Shown here: piece after piece, positions 23,357 to 35,371 of the stretch
Numbering within the stretch: the first letter of the stretch is position 1
Layout of the letters: every line of letters begins with the position of its first letter
Origin: Camelus ferus
Lineage: Eukaryota
Reading direction: 5' to 3'
Assembly: GCF_009834535.1 (NCBI RefSeq)
Contig: NC_045696.1
Location: forward strand, 63,490,001-63,554,000
DNA: 64,000 nucleotides
Notes under the pieces: generated by a model
The model's database searches: none
What the model was told of the DNA's origin: nothing
Seen by the model: only the letters and a program-made list of their open reading frames with translations
Made by a program: the position numbers and the translations under genes

Positions 23357-23390
<34 letters not shown>

Positions 23391-23404
23391 AACACATACA
23401 CACA
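23357..23404. repeat. (CA)n microsatellite, interrupted
   Basis: Read directly. Confidence 0.95.
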
Positions 23405-24631
23405 GGCACATTTTTAGATAGGGGTCTGTCAAAATTTTGCCATGAATTTGTGTCTGGCCCAAATAAAGACACAAACAAAAAACCAACCCATGAAACCACC
23501 AGCCCTCCATCCCAGCCATTCAAGAAGAAAGTTTCTTTGTAAATGTGCTCAGAGACTGTTTTTCAGCATTCTTATCCTGAGCAGTGAGACTAGCACCAAG
23601 AGGACACTCTCCTCACCTTCTCAAATGGGGGACTCAACTCCTAAACTCAAGAGAAGCCTTTTGAATTTGGAAAGCTCCTCCTAGAGAGAAACAGCCTTTA
23701 TTTTTCAGTCTTCCTTCTCTCCCTGCCCCCCGCCCCACAAAAGCACAGAGAAAATTGAACACTGTTCATTAGTGGAGGTCACTTCTTTGATCCTCCTGTG
23801 AGACCGGCAAAACACAAGGAGTCTTTCCCACTGTATCACGCCCAATAAATACGACCAGGGCTGCTGTGCTTACCTCCTTGCCCCTTTCTGCCCTGTGAAG
23901 GGTGATTTTTCTCCATCTTATTGCATCACCTGTTTGCTTTAAACCATAAAACAAATAACTGCATCTCTGCTGAGACTCTCCTTTGTCTCTAGGTATCTGA
24001 ATGGTTTGTGGGTTTGGTTTAAAGCTAAAGAAAGGAGAAAGAGCGAGAGAAGAAGAAAAAAGGTATTTTGCCTGAGGACTTGGAGCTTTTTTTTTTTTCT
24101 TCCCTTTTCCTCCGCTTGACTGACTTTCTCACACTCAGATTCCCTGCAGCCTGCCAGGGACGTGGTAGCTGCCCTGCCAAGAGCTATCCTGGGAGGGCTA
24201 TTGAAAGAGCTTTGAGTGAGTACACACGGGGCAGATTTTCCCCTCCCCTCAATACCTGCTCCGCACCTGTACAGGGAGCAGTCCCACACATATCACCTGA
24301 TCGCAGCCTTTTCAGAGACCGTGAGAAAAATAAAGCCCAGGATAGAAGAGACGTTTGTCGGCTCTGCAGGGCTGCAGCCAGCTCCCCGCAGTCCGAGTGC
24401 CCAGAAACAGCACATTCCCTGGCCGGGTGTGCACGTGTGTTTGCCCTCATGTGCTGGGTAGGAGCACCTGGAGACGGAGGGAAGCCAGACATCACCTGCA
24501 CGCTGACTGCCTCGCTGCCTCCATTTTCCGGCATCAGCCTGACTGGTCGTTTTGTGATCCTTCACTAGAATCATTATTGTGGTTCTTCTAGATAACAGTC
24601 CGTACGTGCTCACTGCAGCGGAACTCATCAC

Positions 24632-24848
24632 CAGGATTTCTGACCTTAAGGTTCATGGATAAACCCCCAGGGAGTCTCTAAAGCCCCTGAAATGGAGTTT
24701 AAAATTATGTCTCTATATGCGTACTTCACAGAACTTATTAAATACTTTTTGAGGGAACGAACGAATGCATTTCTCCTTGAGGAGAGGGTGCATAGCTTTC
24801 TGCAGAATCGCAAAGGTTTTTGTGACCTGAAAAGGTTGAGGAAGCTGA
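24632..24848. mobile_element. hAT-Charlie-type MITE (subfamily uncertain)
   Basis: caggatttctgacctt ... aaggttgaggaagctg degenerate TIRs; ggagagggtgcatagctttc internal motif. Confidence 0.45.
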
Positions 24849-27800
24849 TGCCGGCAATCTCTGTTTACAAGAGAGTAGATACTCTAAGGCCCAGAGAGGG
24901 CCAGGGACTGGCTCAAGGGCCTACAGCAACATAGGGCCAGAGTAGGGGCCAGAAGCCAGTTCGGAGTCCTTTCTACCACGCCACGGTGCAGAGGGCCCTA
25001 GGAAACTAAGGGTGGGGTTTATAGAGTTGTGATCACTACCCAAACTTGGATTTAAAATAGATCCTTTAATAATAAATATACCTTGAATTTATAGAGCCTT
25101 TCCCCCCCTTAATTTTGAGGTACTTGAGCTGCTCTGCACCCAGCATTTGGATGGAGAAAGGGATAGGGAAGAAAGCCAAGTGTCTGCCCATAGAAGAGGA
25201 TTCAGGAATGCTTGGAGCAAGAGTCTTGGTTGCCATGCAGAGGCATTCGAAAGGACGGCAACTCTGCATTCCATCTTTGATAAAAATAAGTTGCTACATC
25301 TAAACAAAACTGCCTTGTTGGTTTCAAGCCAAGCTGGGACCGTGAACTGCAACCTGGGGGGTAAGGGTGGAAAACAGAAGCTTTCAACATTGGCTCACAG
25401 CAGCCTGTAATGCTTTCCACCACCCCAACCCCTCCTCGGAAAACTTGACTAGAGCCAGTGGGACCAAAGGAATATGCACTTTTCTAATGGGCTCTGAAAG
25501 AGGATAGTTGCCAAGAAAGCCTTTCCCAGTGGGGCGGGGGCAGGGCGCCGGGACCAGCTTAACTCCCACATTTGGCCGGGCCTCAGCAGCAGTGGTGGGC
25601 AGGCTCTGAATGTGCTCTCAGCTAACCTTTTACCCTCCGAGCTGTGAGGCAAGCCTGCAAGCCCAAGGATGAAGATGGGCATTCCTGAGGGATCTCACAG
25701 ACGCTGACTTGCACCCTTGCATGTAAAAGGCTCACAGCTGTGCGAGGTCTGGTGCCTGTGGGGGTCTCTGGAAGGCTCAGGAAGGTGGGGTGAAGCCTTA
25801 GCCCCTTTAAACCCAGGACATACATTTGTCTGACGTGCTGATAGCTGCTCAAATTGTAGCATCAGATCACATTTCTAAAAAAATTAAAAATAAAAATGCA
25901 GCTAGTCCAAAAATTGTTTGGATAAAGCTTAGGGTCTGAAAATGATCTGGGATGAGTGCATATGGCATGTTTTAAATGAAGATAGCCATCATTGTTACCC
26001 TTGCTTATTATCAGCTTATAGAAGAGGGGTGGGGGAGGCAGAGGGAGAGACCTAAGAGGTGGCTGAGTGGGTCGTTCATTGAATGCATGGGAAAATTGAG
26101 CCCAGGAAGAAGGGACTAGCCCAAGGTGTGACAGCCTCCCTGGAGAGGGAAGAGTAAAGCCAGAATTAGATTCAGGTTTCCTGCCCACCAGTCCAGAAAC
26201 CCGCCCCACTGTATCTGTATGAGCAGAACGTTTTGAAATACCATCTGCAAGTGACTAATATTACCACCAAAGATGGATTTTCCTGTTGAGAGCCAGAGCT
26301 GCCCGCTGGTGAGTGAGTGGGGCAGTGTGACAGAATGCCCAGCACACAGCGTGGTTGAATGCCAGGCTTGCTGCACTGTCGTTCCCTCTTGGATTTGCTC
26401 ACCACCCTGTACCCCCCTGGAAAAGAAGGAATCTTGATTTTGGAGTTCCAGGAGACAGGAGGCCGCTCGCAGGGGCCACACAGACTAGCAGAGGAAGAGG
26501 TGAGAAAAATAATGGCTTTTCTAAGCGGTAGATAGGTGGTATTTACTTGTGAGAGAGATATTTTCATTTTAGATGTTAGGCTTAGGGAACAAGAGAAGAC
26601 GGTCCAGGCAGCTGTGGGTTCTAAGCTGTGGTGGGGAGCTTCTGGTCTCTTTCATGGAGTTGGAGGGTACCTGCCATCCCACCTTATAGTCCTTGGCAGT
26701 GGACAGGGCACTTTCTGGTGCATTGCAGCATTTTGCCCTCACATACTGCCTTAAGATCCAGCTTAGAAGGATCTGGGTGGAAGGTCCAGGGACGAAGAGA
26801 GAGGATTCAAGTGGTCAATTTAGGAGACATTTGCCTGGACCATTAACTGTTAAGAGACACAGGATATAGGATAAACAAGCTTTCTGGAAAATAGTACCTT
26901 TAGAGAAACAGAGCAGGAAGCTTAGAGGCCACGAGAGAACCGACTTTTCTTCTCAGCCACTGGCAAGAATAAGATTAGGTACAAGAGTCTCAGTTGTCCA
27001 GAGGATGCATCTGTGGCAGGGAATGAGGAGGAAGGATGCTTTTCTGTGGCGGGAAGCCGGCGGGGGAGGTGAGGGGAAGGAATCCCATTTAAGCAGGATG
27101 ACTGAGCAGGTTCTGGAAAGAACACTGAAAGGTGATGACCATCATCTCCCCTGGGCTGAGGCTGAGCTGCTTAGGGTAGCTCCAGTACCTTCTGAGCGGC
27201 TTCCCGGAAAATCTCAGGAAGTGAGACCCGGTCTGTGATTGAGAGCCTTTGGCAAACTATGGGACCTACACACTTTTCTTCACTAGTTAGTTCTGTTCTG
27301 TGCTGTTTGTATTGCTGTAGGCATACATAAGATCCCACAGACGGGAAAAAGTTGTGAGATTCTTTGGAGTGATGGCAGGGAACAGGAGCATTGGGGAGAC
27401 TGCATCCTGCTCTGTAGCCCGTCTGAGGGTGGTGGTCCTGGAAAGGTGGTGGCAGGGTGACTCAGAACAAAAGGGGAGGCAAGCACATCAAATCCGGGTA
27501 GCACCAGGAAGAGGACCAAGGACACGGTTCACCTCCAGCTCCCTGACCACGTGGGCAAGCACTCCCATATTACAGTGCATTTTCCCCCTCAGCTCAACTC
27601 TGCATGAGACATTATGGAAGGCGGGGAGAAGGATGCTCCTTTGCAGGGTTGGGCTTCCACGGGCACCTTGATTAAAATCTGAGAGCCTGGAGGGTGAGCT
27701 CTGCTGTAATGGCTGGTGTGCAGCGGCACCCTCGTGGCCTAACTAATGGAGGTCTCTTGATAAAGTCCCGGAGCGAGGCTGGCTTCTGGAGGAAGTTGCC

Positions 27801-29329
27801 AAGCTGTGTGGATCTCATTCACATATCCTGCTGTGGCCTTTATCTTGCCAGGCTCCCACAGTCAAGGAGGGATTCAGTCTTCATATTCCAGTATTTGAGC
27901 TCCTTGTCCTGGGCAGCTATTCAACCCTCTACTCCCTCCTCACCTGCCCTCAAAGTTCTGGCCCCCGGGGACAGACCTGGACTTGGCATCTAGAACTACA
28001 AGTCATCTGGATGGAGGGCGGAGTCCCAGCTTGTCTTCTTTGTATGGAGTATGGATGGTAATCAGATAATACAGTCAGGGGTCAAAGCCGTCCAATTTCC
28101 AATGACCTGTTTAACTTAATTCCGGTCAGTGACTATCTGTGAGCACCTACTATGTGGTAGGCAGAATTACACCCCTATTTTGACAGTTACTTCCATCCCT
28201 GCCTGCTATTCAAATGCTTTTCATCTGTGCAGAGGGGCGACATCCCCCATTTATATTATAAAAATTTCCCCTTGACTCCCCACATCTTTCATCTCTATTT
28301 CTTCTCTGATAAAGAAATGAAGAAGTTCCTTATAGCATCTGGTACAATATCTTCCACAGAGTCGGCACCCCAAATATTTGGAGAATAAATGCATGAATGA
28401 ACTTCAACTTTAAAAAAAAGTTTTACTGGCGATTCAACAGAGCCCCGAGAGGGTCAGTGTGTTTTTCCAAATTTTCCAGGGTTGCTGAATCAAAGGGGTG
28501 GATTTCCTTTGACTACTCCGGATCTCCACCTCTGGGCGGCAGGGACAACCCTGCAGACAGCTCTCCTCTGTTGCAATCAGGTGAATTGAGAGAAGTCTGC
28601 TGCTGTCCATGCTTTCCCAGGCCTATCTTTATGGATGGTTATTAAAGACACACCACCACATGGCAATACGAAAGTACAAAGCAATTCCCAGGGTAAGGTA
28701 CGTGGGAAGGAGCGAGATACTGAGCTCCCAAACAATTCTCCTGCAATCGCAGTCTGCCATATCTACGTATAGTTAATAAGTAAGATTTAAGCAGGCAGGT
28801 TCCACCGCTGGGCAGCAGACGGAAAGGAAACAGGCCATGGGAGAGATCACTGGTCCTTCTGGAAAACTGGGAAAGAAAACGAGGAGGCTACCTGGGAAAG
28901 GTGAGTCTGGTGGGCAGTTATCTGGGAGATGCAGGAGCCTACACACAGTCCCTAGGAGGGACCACTGCTGACCCCTTCACCTGCCCTCATTCTCTTCATC
29001 CATGCCAGCGCCTCACGGAAGATTTTGTGTAACTGAGAAGTACATAGCAATCATGTCCAGACACCCTGGGTTAAATACGTGCAAATACAGCACACAAAAA
29101 CACCTGTTTTTATAGTGCACCCCAACACACCTGTTGTTTTATGATGCTGAGTGATATTGATAAAAGGGGCTGTAAAGTCGAGGCGAAGTGGCCTCTTGTA
29201 TTTAAATAGCACCTCCCTCTGTGAACTTCAGAGTTTTACAGCTGAGATTTGACTAACCTGGTGATTATTTCTGTTAGGAATGTGGAGTGCATGTCTCTGT
29301 ATATGTGCAGGAAAAGCTACAGCAGAGGG

Positions 29330-29550
29330 GCTCAAAAGCAAAGGTCCTGGAGCCAGACTGCCCGGGTTCCTTCTCCAGTTCACCGACACTCTAGCCATGT
29401 GACATGACTGTTCTGTGCCTCATTTTACCTACCTGTTCAATGGGGAGATAGTCACAGTACTTACTTTATAGGATTGTTATAAGGACTTATACGCAATGTG
29501 CTTAGAACAGTACCTGGCGTATTGTGCATCCAGTGTAAATCCTCAGCTGC
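29330..29550. mobile_element. MIR
   Basis: ggagccagactgcccgggttc...tctgtgcctcattttacctacctgttcaatggggagatag...gtgcttagaacagtacctggc. Confidence 0.75.
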
Positions 29551-30100
29551 TTTTGTCGTTGCCATATGACATACAGGATACATACTCTCATTCATCTAAA
29601 AAATCTTCAGGAGGTGTTAATATTCTTAAAGAAATGGATGGACAACCCCTGTGATAAATTGGTCCACACATATTTGACAAACCAAAAGCTTCGGCCAGTC
29701 TTTTATGAATCACAGGCTGCGGGACCAGGAGACACCTAAAAAATTAGCCAACTCCTCCTTTTCCAAGGAGGAGGGTCTCTACCACCTAAGCACTCTGGCA
29801 GCAGCTTTGATTGTGGGCAGATGCAGACCTGGGTGTAGCCCGGCCTGGAATAATTAAAATGAGCCTCAGGAGAGTTCTGGCTGGAGGCAAGGGCATGAGC
29901 ATGGGCCAGGCACACAGGATGTGGGGGCGACTCACCCCCCCTCCCCCACAACAGGAAGGAAGGGGCAGGGCTGCAGAGGGACACTTAATCTGAGAGAGTA
30001 AACACCGGCAGGCCCTCCCTGGATCCCAGTCACACTTACATGAGATAAGATGGGTGGGCAAGATGCACGTCTGAGAACTTTCCTGCTCTAGGAGCTTCTT

Positions 30101-30211
30101 GGAGATGACCATAGGACTTACGGTCTGAACTGGGACACTTGAGGGTGAAAGCTAATTCTATTAACAGTTATATCAGGACGACTGGCCTAAACTGGGACCC
30201 GCGCCATCCTA
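30101..30211. mobile_element. MER94/MER81-like MITE, opposite orientation to the 796 copy
   Basis: gatgaccata...ctgggacacttgagggtgaaag...aactgggac...ccatccta. Confidence 0.45.
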
Positions 30212-31714
30212 GTTCTGCAGGCCTCTGATGGCAGGTGCTGGATCGTTCATCTGTCTATTCAGGTATCTTTTTATCAGAGATGCTTCCTGAGAAGAAATAA
30301 TATTTTTAAGTCACTGTGTTTTAGCATCCCTATGTCTGTGGAAGGTGACACCATTGATCTATCTTCCGTACTGGGAGGAGCCCCATTTTTGAACCTAGAG
30401 GATGTTCCTCAGTGTATATAAGAGAAGAGAGGGTCAGAGGAAGGGTTGTTTGACATAACTTGGTATCTTCTTTGACGGAGCAGGTGTGTCCCCAGTTCCC
30501 CCACCTGCAAGTTTGCACCCCGGCTACAGCTGCAGTGTAGCAATGTTGCTGGGACTCGTGCCCACCAGCCGACCCACAGTGGCTGAGAACTCTCATTTTT
30601 CTTGAGCACATGAATATGGAAAAACTGAGTGCGGCTATTTGAAATGTGGGCCGTTGTTGAATGACAGAAGGACAACTCCAAAGGAAAGAACACTTTTCTT
30701 ACCTGAACTATTTGCCCTTTTAGCCTTGAATTTGACTAAGCCTTTAGTGGTAAACAAAAAACAACACCCCCCAAACCCCAAACCAAAAGCCAAACAAACA
30801 AACAAGAAACACATTTTTTTTTCTGAGTTGGTCAAACTCAAGGTTTCCCCTTCGTTAATTTCCTTAAAAAAAAAGACAAGAAGAAAAAGAAAAATGGCTC
30901 CCTCGCCTGAGTGTTCGTCTATGTGCCTATTTAATGATTAATAACACCTTGTGGGCTATTGTTTGATGTGGCCTGTGCTGGTTTGAACAGGAGAGTACTG
31001 ATTCACTCTTCAGGCATTTATGAATCACAAGTGTTTACCCTGAGACAATAACTGAAAGGGGGAGATTAAAAAAAGAAAAACACCCAAATATGCTGAGTTC
31101 TTTGAGTGAAAACTGAAGATAACGTGGGCTCTCGGTCTTTGATACCCTGTGTGGGGCCCACTGCTTTCTCTCAAGGAATAAAGATTGTGGGGGAAGACCA
31201 AGACTGGGCCTTTTGAGTTTTATAGATTTCCCCCTTTCACTTGCTGATAGATTTGAGGCAGCTTTTCCCCTCGGTTCCCACGCCACGTGCCTTTGCTCTC
31301 CTCCCACCTGCCTGGTCACGCCAGGCCCGGGGTCTGCGAGGGGGTCTCTTTACGGGGCTTTGGGGGCCTTTCTCCAGTCTCACTTGCTGTCCGCTTCTGT
31401 TTTCACCTGGTGCTAGCGAGGCCTTGGCTGAGGAGAGGACGGAGACCTGCCTTCATTAAAGTGGGGCTGGAGGGCCGGAGAGAATGGATTCAAGTCAGAC
31501 ACCTGACAGGCCTTGCCGACTGACTGGGTCACGCTGGGGAAAGAGGACTCAGTAGATGACATGTGGGTCTGTCTCTTGGACGACCGTGTAGACCCTTCTT
31601 CCACAATCCCACTTTTAATAATGACCCCTAGACTTATTTTCTCTTCTTTCTGCCCCAAAGCCTATAGTTCAGTGAAAAATAACTGTCAGATTTGACCCTG
31701 ACAACCCTTAAAAT

Positions 31715-31880
31715 ATTTTTTTTTATTTTGAGAGAATTGTGGACTTTTAGAAAAGTTGCAAAAGTCATACAGAGAGCTCCCTTAGACCCTTTAACTGATT
31801 CCCCCATGTTACCCCTCCATCATGATGACCTGGTTATCTTATATAACCATGGAACCATCATCAAAAAATAATCTTGGCTT
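31715..31880 (-). mobile_element. Ancient L1M 3'-end fragment
   Basis: ttattttgag...agaaaagttgcaaaa...acagagagctccc...tataaccatggaaccatcatcaaaa. Similar old L1-like fragments near 38080-38470, 48580-48715, 49650-49970 and 53520-53950. Confidence 0.55.
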
Positions 31881-34800
31881 GGGCAGCTGGTGATCGTTGG
31901 TCCTGGTGCTCTCCCTCCAAGCCAGAGGGAGGAGGGGCAGGTGGGAAAAGGGGTGGAGGGGGCCAGCCCCCGAGCTGTGATGACAGCAATGCCGAGATTG
32001 CAGTGGGATTTCATGGGGAGCTTTGTCATCCCCCCGCTCCTCCTGGGGCCTCTGAGGCTCACCTGCAAGGCAGGGCTCTCCATCTACCTTTCCCGTGGGA
32101 ATTCATCGCAGCCAACAGAACCCCTGAACTCTGCTGGGCCGCTGCCAGCAACTCTCAAGCCTTTCCCCCTGCCGATTACAGTGACATGATGTCGTTTTTA
32201 TTGAGGCAAGATTAGATTTTTTTTTTTTAAGTTTTCAAAAGTGTGGCTCACATGATCTCTAGTACTTTTCCTATTGCTAGAAGACCACAGAGCTGCCAAT
32301 TTCAATTTGCTTCAGCTTTTATCACTAGAAGAAGCTTAAAAGAAAAAAGAAAGGGGAGAAAGGCCAGATGAAAATATTCCACTTGCCCCTGGCAGTTAGC
32401 TTGAGGGTGGCGGGGGACACACGCATAGTCTGCTGCCCTGTGTGGGACTAGTGTGATAGGAAGATGTCAGGAAACTGGAGTCGGGCCTGGCACCTGGACA
32501 GCACACTGTGTCCCAAGGGTTTTCATGCCATAGCCAGGGAAGGAACACACAACTGGGGTCATTCATGGAAGTTGGGAAAATATTAGGATGTTGAACTATT
32601 GGGAGATGGGTTAAATAAACCCATAGAAAAGTGTTTCTTCCTCTTAATTCTAATTTGAATAATTCCTTTCCTTGGAGGCAAGATTCATTCACTCATTCAA
32701 CATATTTATCCAGCATCTACAATGTGCCTGGCTCTGCTGAGGATACAGGGTGATAAGGCAAAGTCTGTGTCTTTCAGTATTTTTTTTTTTAAAAACTGAA
32801 GAATGCTGATTTGCGTGATCATGGATTTTCAGGTGCTACCTCAGCCCTCAAAATAAGTGCTGTGATGGAAAATCGTGAAAAACGTGAGGTCCAATCACAT
32901 TGTTTCGGCATCAAATAAGAGAATGAGGTCTGTAGGAGTAAAGGAGGTGCTGAGGAAATAAATGTCTCCCACTCCATGGGAGTCTTGGAGTAGAAACAGC
33001 GTTCACATGTCCCCACCACTGACAGCCCCTCGAGTCCCTGCTAGTCTGATGGTCACAACAGCCTGTGAAATAGGGAGGAGGAGAATTTACCACAGTTCCA
33101 CCTGGCACTAGCAGGTACTTGGTGTTTGTTGAATGACTGTATGACTGTTGAGTAAACTCCCAATTTATAGGGGTGAGACAGGTTCAAGAGGAATGAAGAC
33201 ATTGGTCCCAGGTCACCAGGAATAAGGGGCAAAGCCTGGATCTGAACCCAGAGGTCTTGAAATCGCACATCAAGGCCTGTCATTACTCCTAAAGGTACCA
33301 CTCTCTGGAGATTTCTCCAAATGACTGTCCTTCCTTTGACTGGCAGGAAAGTGAATCTGGACTCAACTTCCTCAAAGGTTGCAGTGAGTCTATGGGAGTC
33401 ACTTCAATTGATGGAGGCCAAAGTGACCTCAGGTGTGGACAGGACACCTCCTGAGGAGAGCCTGCAGCCCTGGAAGCTTCTCTCAAGGCTGAATTGGCTG
33501 AGCTCAGAAACCTGGGCTTTGGGTTTTGGTCTTTGAGTATGGTTTTCTAAACTGTCCCAATTTGAATTGGACATATCCTTGGGGTTCATTTCCTTTTTGA
33601 AATCTAGGCATCTCCCCAACTCACTCTGTCTCTGTCAATTATGTGGATCAGAAAAAGCTAGATTCAGAGCAAACTTGTGAAGAAACAACCTTCCATTTGT
33701 GTGTCACGAGCCTTGATTTTTCCTCTCCAATGAAGGGATGGAGTGGGGTAAGTCCCGGGTGGCTTAGAAGGTGCCATCAGGGTTACAGGAAGAGGCAGCC
33801 TTATTGGAGCTGCAGTATCACTGGGCTGGAAGAGACCCAGAAAATCACTGAGTCCCTTCTCCTCCTACCTCCAGGGGAAGAGGACTAGAGCATGTGCCCA
33901 AGGGCTGGCACTGGTTATGTCCCTGCTAGGGGACAGGCAGAGGCCATAGGAAAGGAGAGTCTGTATGAATGAAAAAGGAGACCAAAGGGTGTGAAATTCT
34001 GTCTTCTTGTCCCCTTCACGCTGAGCACATGAGGTGGTGCATTTGAATCAGAGAAGGAGCTGAGTTCCAGTCCTGCTTCTGTCCTAAACTCATGCTGCTG
34101 AACATGGTACGCATTGCCACCTTCCTGGACCTCAGTTTCCCTGTCGGGTGTCTAATGGTTTTCAGACAATGCCTGGAGATGGCGCTGACCAGGCGGGGCT
34201 CTCCCCAGCCCTCTCGTCCTTCCACCAGAATGATCTGGCTTTTGCCTGTTCACACATTGTGTGTCCTTATAAGATTTTGTTCAAAGAAAATGTTCCATTG
34301 GTTTTGGGGCACGTTTGAAGCTATCAACTAAAATGCTCTCAAAAATCCTCTCCAGCTGGAGAATCTGATGATTCTTCCCTTATACCACCCTGGCTTTTGG
34401 ACTTTGCCTCCTCTGACCTGGAGCACACTGGTTCTTTAACCACTTGTATGCTGGTTTTCCTCATCCCAAAGGCTCCTTGAAACCGAATTCTACAAAAGAC
34501 TATGAGGATGTGGGAGCTGTTGTACAGGCTGCTGGGGGCAGCGTACCTGGTACTTAAACTGCTCACATTTCAGTGAGGCGTAGGCTTGAGGCAGGGAACG
34601 CAGAATTACAGTATTACCCTTGTGTTTTACTTCTCTTATTCACCACCAATAACTGGCACATTGTCTCATCCCTCTCACCCACAGCCAGCATGTGTAGGAC
34701 CCTGGGTAGGTGTTTAGTGAATATTTGCTGGAAGGATTCATCAATAAATGGCCTGTTCCCCTCTTTGGAAGGAATCGCATTGTATCCGTTGCTAAGGGCC

Positions 34801-34892
34801 TTCCCAGGGCTGACTGGAGCTCTGTGGATGCTGTGGGCTCTGTGTTTTCCTTTTGTGAGCTGGGCTGATTATAGCTGTCGGTGGTCATCACC

Positions 34893-35371
34893 TGTCATCG
34901 GTTAAATTGTGTCCCCTAAAAAATAATGTGTTGAAGTCCTAACCCCTGGTACCTCAGCATGTGGCCTTCTTTGGAAACAAGGGCTGTTAGAGGTTGGTGG
35001 CTGATGTAATCAGTTGAAGTGAGGTCATACTGGAGTAGGGTGGGCCCTTAATCCAGTGACTGGTGTCCTTCTAAGAAGAGGAGAAACACAGAGGCAGAGA
35101 TGCACAGAGAGAAGATGGCCATGTGACAATGGAGGCAGAGATTGCTGTGATGCCTTTAGAAGCCAAGACCACTAAGGAATGCTGGTCAACACCAGAGGGT
35201 CGGAGAGGCAAGCAGAGATTCTCCCCTGTAGGTTTCAGAGGGAACATGACCCTGCTGACACCTTGATCGGGACTTCCAGCCTCCAGAACTCTCACGAGAC
35301 AATAAATTTCTGTTGTTGTAAGCCACTCATTTTGTGATACTTTGTTTTGCTAGTCCTGGGACACAAATATA
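34893..35371 (+). mobile_element. MaLR solo LTR (MLT1 family)
   Basis: TG start, aattgtgtcccc...gttgaagtcctaacccc, gacttccagcctccagaact, AATAAA and tttctgttgttgtaagccac end; 5-bp TSD TCACC at 34888-92 and 35372-76. Confidence 0.9.
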
